59,360 bases of DNA from an uncultured Pseudomonadota bacterium. Lineage in GTDB: Bacteria > Desulfobacterota > Syntrophorhabdia > Syntrophorhabdales > CAYQXL01. The stretch is taken from the NCBI GenBank assembly GCA_964421445.1, contig CAYQXL010000011.1, positions 1 to 59,360 on the forward strand, read 5' to 3'. The position numbers and the translations under genes are program-made. Under the pieces are notes generated by a model. The model ran no database searches and was not told the DNA's origin. It saw only the letters and a program-made list of their open reading frames with translations. Positions 9,830 to 16,724 of the stretch are shown here, one piece after another; position 1 is the stretch's first letter; every line of letters starts with the position of its first letter.

Positions 9830-9851
9830 ACCCTCCTCTGACATCAATAAT

Positions 9852-10370
9852 TTATGGCAGTACCAAGAAGTGGGCGCGTCTGTTCTTTGCCCAGCAAGCC
9901 TCGTTTTTCTCTGTGCACACCGGTCTCTCTTTTCCATAGCTGACTGTCTCGAGAGCTTTTCCATCGACACCGAGCTGAACGAGGTAGCTCTTTGTCGAGT
10001 CCGCCCTTCTCTGCCCTAAGGCCAGGTTGTACTCAACAGTTCCTCTTTCGTCACAGTTTCCTTCGATCCGGACTTTCTTTCCTGCGTTAGCCTTAAACCA
10101 ATTCGTGTTGGCTTTCAAGGCGTTTGAAGCATCGGGCCGGATATTATACTTGTCGAAATCAAAGTAAACATCCTGCAAACCTGCAACGACAGGAGGCGGA
10201 GGGGGAGTGACGGGAACTTCCACTTTCGCTGGAGGCGGGGTCACCGCTGCCTTCGGCGGAGGAGGCGGAGGGGTTTCACCCTTCACGGCCTGATAAAAAC
10301 ATCCGCATCCGGACAGAATAAAGCCGACGGCCAGGACGAGGCACAATATTCCCAAATATTTTTTCTTCAT
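9852..10370 (-). CDS. pal: Peptidoglycan-associated lipoprotein (OmpA C-like domain) with polyproline linker
   Basis: Lipobox LSGC, VYFDFDKY, IEGNCDERGTVEYNLALGQRRA, SYGKERP and NRRA. Confidence 0.88.
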   Translation of the reverse strand: MKKKYLGILCLVLAVGFILSGCGCFYQAVKGETPPPPPPKAAVTPPPAKVEVPVTPPPPPVVAGLQDVYFDFDKYNIRPDASNALKANTNWFKANAGKKVRIEGNCDERGTVEYNLALGQRRADSTKSYLVQLGVDGKALETVSYGKERPVCTEKNEACWAKNRRAHFLVLP

Positions 10371-10392
10371 GTTCCACCCCTTTTCGAATAAG

Positions 10393-10428
10393 TTTAGGGT
10401 ATATCCTTGTTCAGGATATACCCCTAAA
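10393..10428. terminator. 15-bp inverted repeat between the small lipoprotein gene and pal (terminator, attenuator or mRNA stabiliser)
   Basis: TTTAGGGTATATCCT-tgttc-AGGATATACCCCTAAA, with one bulged base. Confidence 0.55.
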
Positions 10429-10434
10429 TCTTAC

Positions 10435-10659
10435 CTACTTTTTCTCTGCCGGTTTGTCTGCCGGTTTAGCTTCTGCCGGTTTGTCTGCCGGTTTGTCTGC
10501 AGGTTTGTCTGCCGGTTTAGCCTCTGCCGGTTTGTCTGCCGGTTTAGCCTCTTCCTTTGGCGGAGCCGGTTTCGGCGGTTCCTGCGCTGGTCCACAGCTT
10601 ACTAATGAAACTGTTGCGAGAAAAGCAATAGCTATGAAAAACACCACGAGCCTCTTCAT
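10435..10659 (-). CDS. Small lipoprotein with KPAD/KPAEA repeats
   Basis: SD GGAGGTG. Signal peptide ending in lipobox LVSC, followed by a low-complexity Pro/Ala/Lys/Glu/Asp tail. Confidence 0.8.
   Translation of the reverse strand: MKRLVVFFIAIAFLATVSLVSCGPAQEPPKPAPPKEEAKPADKPAEAKPADKPADKPADKPAEAKPADKPAEKK
10444..10551. repeat. Coding tandem repeat of interspersed 12-bp and 15-bp units
   Basis: Units TCTGCCGGTTTG and TCTGCCGGTTTAGCC/T, about 8 copies. Confidence 0.9.
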
Positions 10660-10716
10660 CTACTATCACCTCCTTTCTTGCGTAATTAAAACCATCCCTA
10701 ATTCATATTACACAAT

Positions 10717-11640
10717 TCAAAGATATTTGACAACAATATCTTTTTTAATTTCAAAGACATCTTCTTTCCTGCAGGGACTGTTTTCCTGATTCAGCGTCGA
10801 GGCCGTTCCGCATGCCACTCCGAGAGCCACGGCATCGACGAATGAATAACCTTCGCTGAGCCCGAAGACAGCGCCACCTACAAGAGAATCTCCCGCTCCG
10901 ATGGAGCTTCTCACCTTCACCTTCGGCGGTATCACATGAAAACGGCTCTCCCGCGATAGACCTACCGCTCCCCGCACACCGAGGGAGACGACAATATATT
11001 CGACCGTATTCAGGAGATCATCAACAGAGTCGAGGATTTCGCCAACATCGCTCACATTCCTCTCCACGAGCCTCCCGAACTCATGAATATTCGGTTTGAT
11101 CAGATAGGGGCCAGCCTTCACGCCGAGCTTGAGGGCCTCTCTGTCTGCATCGAGAATTACCTTCGCCCCCTTCTCGTTTAGAGCCGTGACGAGCTGGGCA
11201 TAAAAATTCTCATTTACATCCCCCGGGGGGTTACCGCTTATAATCACGAAGCTCCCGCTGGCGATCTCCTTGATCTTCCCGTAAAACATTGCAATCTCAA
11301 GGGGACTTATAAACGGTTCAGGGGCACTGAGAAGGGTCTGAAGTTTTTTCTTCCGCTGGTAAATCGTAATATTTGTTTTTGTCTCTTCGCGGATACGCGT
11401 AAAATCACAAACCAACCCTTCAGATATGAGGCTTCCTTCCAGTTGGAGCCCGTTGTATCCGCCTGCCAGCCCGAGAGCGTTGCTCTGCCCCCCTAACTCC
11501 TTTATCACCCGGGCCGCAACGAGCCCCTTCCCTCCTGCACGTTTCTGCTGATCCACGATCGCGTTGGCATCATCATAGATAAGCTCTTCCACCTCAACCG
11601 TAGTATCAAGGGAGGGATTCAGATTGACTGTAAATATCAT
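10717..11640 (-). CDS. 1-phosphofructokinase-family (PfkB/FruK/LacC) hexose-phosphate kinase
   Basis: IFTVNLNPSLD, AGGKG, IKPNIHE and the PfkB anion-hole motif SSIGAGDSLVGG. Confidence 0.88.
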   Translation of the reverse strand: MIFTVNLNPSLDTTVEVEELIYDDANAIVDQQKRAGGKGLVAARVIKELGGQSNALGLAGGYNGLQLEGSLISEGLVCDFTRIREETKTNITIYQRKKKLQTLLSAPEPFISPLEIAMFYGKIKEIASGSFVIISGNPPGDVNENFYAQLVTALNEKGAKVILDADREALKLGVKAGPYLIKPNIHEFGRLVERNVSDVGEILDSVDDLLNTVEYIVVSLGVRGAVGLSRESRFHVIPPKVKVRSSIGAGDSLVGGAVFGLSEGYSFVDAVALGVACGTASTLNQENSPCRKEDVFEIKKDIVVKYL

Positions 11641-11706
11641 CGAACAGCTCTTGTCTTTATTCTATAATAATCTGAAACAAAATGACCAGAAAAAACTTCA
11701 GGAGTA

Positions 11707-11736
11707 TTGCTTTTTTCCACATGTGAATGGTATACA
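11707..11736 (+). promoter_or_regulatory. Putative promoter of the fadL-like gene, with an internal CACATGTG palindrome
   Basis: TTGCTT, 18 nt, then TG-G-TATACA. CACATGTG lies in the spacer at 11718-11725. Confidence 0.4.
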
Positions 11737-11780
11737 ACATCAACGTTTTAGACAATAATACGGGGTCAGAGGGGTAGAAA

Positions 11781-12974
11781 ATGAGAAAACTTCTGTTGGT
11801 CATCATCATTGCGCTTCTGCCTTGCCAGTCCTTTGCCGCCGCCTTTCTCGTCTATCAGCAGGACGCGAAGGCTCAGGGTATGGGAATGGCGGTTACCGCG
11901 TCGCTCGACAACCCGGCAGCCATCTTCTATAACCCCGCTCTCCTTACGGATCAGAAGGGATTCGGTTTCAGCGTCAACGATGCTATCGTCATGCCTGAAC
12001 GGAAGTTCAAAGACAGCCTCACAGGGATCACATATAACGCAAAGGCAACAACGCACAATCTTCCCACCCTCTTCGCCAAATATACGCGGGATGATCTTTC
12101 CATAGGACTGGGAATCTTTTCACCTTTCGGCCTCTCTTCCGAATGGCCTTCCTACTGGCCGGGGCGATACAATTCGATCTATGCGGAACTGAAAACGGTC
12201 TATATAAATCCTGTCGTTGCCTTCAGGATGAACGAATATGTCTCCCTCGGTTTCGGCCTCTCCTACATCAAGAGCAGTATCACAATGAAAAATGCTCTTC
12301 CCCTCGCTCCTGCTCCTGACGGACTTGCAAAGCTTTCAGGCGACGCCGATGCGGTCTCCTACAACGCAGGGGTAACAGTCAAACTCCCCGAACAGTACAC
12401 CGTCGCCATGACATTCCGGAGCGGAGCGAATCTCGATGTTGACGGCACGGCGAAATTCTACGTCATTCCTCAGCTTAAACCTCTCTTTCCAAATTTTGAC
12501 GCCTCGGCAACACTCTCCATGCCCTGGCTTGCAACCTTGGGCATTGCCAAAAAACTGGGCCCCTGGACCTTTGAGGCAGACCTTATCTACAGCGGATGGT
12601 CCTCTTTCGACAGGTACACCATCGACTTTGCCGGCATCCCCGTCCAGTCGTTTTATAAGGACTGGACGAATACACCGAGCATAGCTCTCGGGGTCAACTA
12701 CATCTGGAACAAGAATCTCGAGATGCAGGCAGGCTACATGTACGACCGGACGCCGGTCCCGAAAAAGACCCTCACCCCTGAAATTCCTGACGCCTCGCGA
12801 AACCTTTTCACCGTTGGCGCATCATACAAAAAGGATGGTTTCAAGGCATCCGCCGCATATCAGGCAACGTTTTTCGATCAGGCAGATTCGAGAAACAACA
12901 TCGTCAACGCGCCGCGGGGAAAGTATGACTCGTTCATCAACGTCATCGTTGTTGGAGTCGCCTATGAATGGTAA
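11781..12974 (+). CDS. OmpP1/FadL/TodX family outer-membrane transporter for hydrophobic compounds
   Basis: Signal peptide, GMAVTASLDNPAAIFYNPALL plug motif, PFGLSSEW, YINPVVAFR and aromatic C-terminus (YEW). Confidence 0.88.
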   Translation: MRKLLLVIIIALLPCQSFAAAFLVYQQDAKAQGMGMAVTASLDNPAAIFYNPALLTDQKGFGFSVNDAIVMPERKFKDSLTGITYNAKATTHNLPTLFAKYTRDDLSIGLGIFSPFGLSSEWPSYWPGRYNSIYAELKTVYINPVVAFRMNEYVSLGFGLSYIKSSITMKNALPLAPAPDGLAKLSGDADAVSYNAGVTVKLPEQYTVAMTFRSGANLDVDGTAKFYVIPQLKPLFPNFDASATLSMPWLATLGIAKKLGPWTFEADLIYSGWSSFDRYTIDFAGIPVQSFYKDWTNTPSIALGVNYIWNKNLEMQAGYMYDRTPVPKKTLTPEIPDASRNLFTVGASYKKDGFKASAAYQATFFDQADSRNNIVNAPRGKYDSFINVIVVGVAYEW

Positions 12975-12989
12975 TATCCTCTGCAGAAT

Positions 12990-13448
12990 GTGACCGCCGT
13001 TTTCCGGCATTTTATGCCTCACGTCTCCCTTGCACTGAAACAGGGCTTTTACCGTGGACTGGCCATTACGTTCCAGATGGTGAAGGTCATTGTCCCGTTC
13101 TACATAGGCATTGAATTCCTCAAACAGACCGATTTTCTTCCTGTCCTCGGAAAGATCCTCGCTCCTTTCATGGCCCTTTTCGGGCTGCCGGGCGAATCGG
13201 CCCTGGGACTGGCCGCAGGCCTCTTCATCAATCTCTATGCAGCAATAGCGATCATAGCACCCCTTGACCTTCCGGCCCGTGATGTGACAATCATTGCCCT
13301 CATCCTCGGAATCGCCCATAGTCTCCCTGTGGAGACGGCAGTCACGCGCCAGACCGGCGTCAATGCCTGGCTCCTCTGCATCGTTCGTTTTGTCGCCGGA
13401 TTCCTCGCCGGTGCACTGCTCAATATCGTATGGAAACTCTTCTCGTAG
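12990..13448 (+). CDS. Nucleoside-recognition (Gate) domain membrane protein, first half
   Basis: PFMALFGLPGE..L...G.FINLYAAIA and HSLPVE. ATG 13014 is an alternative start. Confidence 0.7.
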   Translation: MTAVFRHFMPHVSLALKQGFYRGLAITFQMVKVIVPFYIGIEFLKQTDFLPVLGKILAPFMALFGLPGESALGLAAGLFINLYAAIAIIAPLDLPARDVTIIALILGIAHSLPVETAVTRQTGVNAWLLCIVRFVAGFLAGALLNIVWKLFS

Positions 13449-13852
13449 GACTGAAGTCCTCACTGATTCTGACGATAACGCTTCTGTGCATCATTCTTCC
13501 CCTGAGCATCGGCTACGAACTTCTCAAGGAACGGGTCACCGCCATGGGAAGCGGCAAGCGCTCATTTCTCGGCATCAGCACCCAGGGTCTTCTGCCCCTT
13601 GTCACAGGGCTCATCATCGGGCTCACCTACGGGGCAGGCATTATCATCCACTCCCTCAGGACTTCACAGGTCAAGAGGCATGAGGCTTTTCTGATACTCC
13701 TCTTTCTTTCGGTCTGTCATGCCATAATCGAAGACACGCTGATCTTTGTCGTAATCGGCGCCAACGGCGTCATTCTTGTAGTATTCCGCCTTCTCGTGGC
13801 AGCCCTTTTCACCTACCTCTGTTCTAAAACGCGGTTCTTTAAAGGATCATAA
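13430..13852 (+). CDS. Nucleoside-recognition (Gate) domain membrane protein, second half
   Basis: GLIIGLTYGAGIII and FLSVCHAIIEDTLIF. Confidence 0.7.
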   Translation: METLLVGLKSSLILTITLLCIILPLSIGYELLKERVTAMGSGKRSFLGISTQGLLPLVTGLIIGLTYGAGIIIHSLRTSQVKRHEAFLILLFLSVCHAIIEDTLIFVVIGANGVILVVFRLLVAALFTYLCSKTRFFKGS

Positions 13853-15109
13853 CCTGTCCCAGAGTTCGAGGATCTGACCGAACCGTTCCGGATCAAGAGG
13901 AGCTTCTTTCTGCTCCTTCGTATCCATATTGCGAACGACAACAACACGGCGGTCGATCTCGTCATCTCCGAGAATAAGGACAAACTTCGCTCCGAGACCG
14001 TCGGCATATCTCATTTGCGACTTCAACGATTTCCCGTCGTATGTAAAGTGAAAAGGTACGGACCGGGAAGAAAAAAAGCGGATAAAGGGCACAATATACG
14101 TCCGGGCTCTCTCACCAAGATAGGCAAAAAAGTACTTCGGAGCACCAGGGGCGGCGGTCGGAGAGCTGATGAGAGCAAGCCTCTCCACACCTATTGCAAA
14201 CCCTGAACCGGCCGTTGCCGGACCTCCCATCTCCCCGACGAGATTGTTGTACCGTCCTCCGGCAGCAAATGCCTTCTGGGCTCCAAGGTCCGATGACGTG
14301 ATTTCAAAAACCGTCTTGGTATAATAGTCAAGTCCCCGCACCAATCGCTTATTGTGCGTCGATATCACGTTAAAGGCATCAAGATGCCGGAGAAACCGGT
14401 CGAAATGATCGCTGCATCCCCGACAGAGGTGGTCAAAGAGCAGGGGTGATTCATGGCTGACCTCGTTGCATCCCGCCACCTTGCAATCGAAGATCCTCAG
14501 GGGATTTCTCGAGAGCCGCCGGAGGCAGTCGCCGCACAACCGGTCTTTCTTCGACTCGAAATAGGCTACCAGAGCCCCGCGGAACTCTTCCCTGCATTCA
14601 CGGCAGCCGACACTGTTGACTTCGACAGCATAGTTCTTCACGGAAAGATCGCTGAGAATGCCTGTCATCAGCCAGATCAGTTCAGCATCGACGAGAGGGT
14701 CATCGGCACCGAAGACTTCCACGTCGATCTGATGGAATTCACGGAACCGTCCTTTCTGGGGCTTTTCGTGCCGGAACATGGGACCCAACGTAAACACCTT
14801 GCTCAACCGTTCCCGGGCATACATACCGGACTGGAGATAGGCCCTCACAACCCCTGCCGTTGCCTCAGGCCTCAGCGTGACCGAATCTCCTCCGAGATCT
14901 GTGAAGGTGAACATCTCCTTTTCAACAATGTCCGTCGCATCACCGATGGACCGGACAAAGAGTTCCGTCTTTTCCAGAACAGGGACTTCCATTTCCCTGT
15001 ATCCGAGATTGAGAAGATGCTTCCGGGCCGTATCTTCGATCCGGCGGAAGAGCACCATCTCATCGTCGAGAATATCCCTGAATCCCTTGAGCGTCTGCAG
15101 CTTTTCCAT
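13847..15109 (-). CDS. hisS: Histidine--tRNA ligase
   Basis: KGFRD, DIVEKEMFTF, LRPEATA, MFRHEKPQKGRFREFHQ, LVRGLDYYT and GFAIGVERL. Confidence 0.98.
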   Translation of the reverse strand: MEKLQTLKGFRDILDDEMVLFRRIEDTARKHLLNLGYREMEVPVLEKTELFVRSIGDATDIVEKEMFTFTDLGGDSVTLRPEATAGVVRAYLQSGMYARERLSKVFTLGPMFRHEKPQKGRFREFHQIDVEVFGADDPLVDAELIWLMTGILSDLSVKNYAVEVNSVGCRECREEFRGALVAYFESKKDRLCGDCLRRLSRNPLRIFDCKVAGCNEVSHESPLLFDHLCRGCSDHFDRFLRHLDAFNVISTHNKRLVRGLDYYTKTVFEITSSDLGAQKAFAAGGRYNNLVGEMGGPATAGSGFAIGVERLALISSPTAAPGAPKYFFAYLGERARTYIVPFIRFFSSRSVPFHFTYDGKSLKSQMRYADGLGAKFVLILGDDEIDRRVVVVRNMDTKEQKEAPLDPERFGQILELWDRL

Positions 15110-15188
15110 TCGACAGTACCTGTTCCTTGTCCGTATTTACCACATTCATTTCTACCATGACCGGCGGTTCGGGAAAAAGAAAAAACGC

Positions 15189-15944
15189 TCAGCGGATGAC
15201 TTTTCGCTCCATCAGCCTGAACGGAAGGGGACTCAGAAGAGCTGCTGCCACGATAAACCAGAGGATACCGGCCATCACGCCGGCACCTGATCCTGCTGCC
15301 AGGGAACGGCAGATAATGGCCAGGTGATAGAGGGGGGTGAAGAATGCCATGGTAGCGAAAGTTGGATGGAGTGCGTCGACGGGAAAGAATATCCCCGAAA
15401 AAAGAAACATCGGCGTCAGAAAAAGGGTGTAGAAGTAGTTGAACGAGTCGATGCCGGGGACAAGAGCGGTACAGATCATCGATATCATGGAAAAGACGAG
15501 GCCGGCAATGAAGAGGATCGGAATGATGCCGATGACGAGAGGCGACGATACAAGCCCGAAGGACGAAATGGCGATAATGATGATCGTGCCGTAGAGGGTG
15601 CTTTTCGTCGCTCCCCAGAGGAGTTCGCCGAGGATGAGGTCACCGATGCTGACCGGAGTCGCAAGAATCGCGTCGAAGGTCCTCTGGAAGGTCATCCGGA
15701 CGTACGTGCCGTATGTGCATTCATAGGCTGCGGCAAACATGGACGACGACGCGATGATACCGGGCGCGATGAAATCGATGTACCTCTGGCCGTTGACATC
15801 CTGTATAAAAGCCCCGAGGCCCAGTCCGAGGGCAATGAGGTAGAGAATAGGTTCGACAAAGTTGAGGACGATGCTCGACCGGTAGAGCTTTGTGTAGACG
15901 GTAAAGTTTCGCTGCCATACCCGGAACGCCCGTTTAATTTTCAA
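15189..15944 (-). CDS. ABC-2 type exporter permease (NodJ-like)
   Basis: FVEPILYL, YIDFIAPGII and TPMFLFSGIFFP. Confidence 0.85.
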   Translation of the reverse strand: MKIKRAFRVWQRNFTVYTKLYRSSIVLNFVEPILYLIALGLGLGAFIQDVNGQRYIDFIAPGIIASSSMFAAAYECTYGTYVRMTFQRTFDAILATPVSIGDLILGELLWGATKSTLYGTIIIIAISSFGLVSSPLVIGIIPILFIAGLVFSMISMICTALVPGIDSFNYFYTLFLTPMFLFSGIFFPVDALHPTFATMAFFTPLYHLAIICRSLAAGSGAGVMAGILWFIVAAALLSPLPFRLMERKVIR

Positions 15945-16665
15945 GACGCTTCCCTGTCAGCGAAAGATAGACGTGTTCGAGGTTTCCGCCATACCGTTCA
16001 GAGAGAATGGCCGGAGAATCGATGACAACAATCCTCCCTTCGTTCATGATCGCAACCCTGTCACAGAGATTTTCCGCCTCTTCCATGTAGTGGGTTGTCA
16101 GGATGAGTGTGGTCCCCTTCGCCCTGAGATCCCTCAACGTATTCCAGACAGTGAGTCTGCTGTGGGGATCGAGGCCTGTCGTCGGCTCGTCGAGGATGAG
16201 AATCTCAGGTTCGTTGATGATGGCCCGTGCAAGAAGGAGGCTTCGCTTCATCCCCCCCGAGAGGTTTCTGATATTGACATCCGATTTCTCCGAGAGACCG
16301 ACATAGGCGAGAAGATCGGCCGCCCGGGATGCAGCCTTCTTTTTCTCGATATCGAAATACCGCCCGTATATGACGAGGTTCTGAAGAACCGACAGTTCGA
16401 TGTCGAGATTCTCTTCCTGGGGCATAACACCTATCCGCCCTTTGATGTCGCCCGGTCTTTCGACGGCATCCATGTCAAAGACCATGATCCTTCCTGCAGT
16501 CGGTTTTACGAAACAGTAGAGCATCCGCATGACCGTCGTCTTTCCTGCCCCGTTGGGCCCGAGAAACCCGAAGCATTCACCGGCGGTAATGGAAAAATCG
16601 ACCCCGTCGACGGCTCTGAGGCCGTTAAAGTCCTTGGTGAGTCCCTTCGCTTCGACAACATTCAT
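15934..16665 (-). CDS. ABC exporter ATP-binding protein (NodI-like)
   Basis: Walker A GPNGAGKTT, signature LSGGMKR, Walker B ILILDEP and TTHYMEEA. Confidence 0.92.
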   Translation of the reverse strand: MNVVEAKGLTKDFNGLRAVDGVDFSITAGECFGFLGPNGAGKTTVMRMLYCFVKPTAGRIMVFDMDAVERPGDIKGRIGVMPQEENLDIELSVLQNLVIYGRYFDIEKKKAASRAADLLAYVGLSEKSDVNIRNLSGGMKRSLLLARAIINEPEILILDEPTTGLDPHSRLTVWNTLRDLRAKGTTLILTTHYMEEAENLCDRVAIMNEGRIVVIDSPAILSERYGGNLEHVYLSLTGKRLEN

Positions 16666-16724
16666 GGGCGGTAATTATATACCACAACCCCTGACGATTT
16701 TCAGCCTGCGACCTGGGAGAGCGG

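Noticed and set aside
9830-9970. N-terminal extension of the 408-aa KamA ORF
   Set aside because: It overlaps the 3' end of pal in another frame. A strong SD (GAGGAGG) supports the start at 9829.
10444-10551. Short direct repeats as a possible CRISPR array
   Set aside because: The units are 12-15 bp, contiguous with no unique spacers, in frame within a lipoprotein, and there are no cas genes.
13430-13448. Stop-codon readthrough (TAG/pyrrolysine) joining the two Gate-domain ORFs
   Set aside because: The two ORFs are in different frames (offset 440 nt), so readthrough cannot fuse them.
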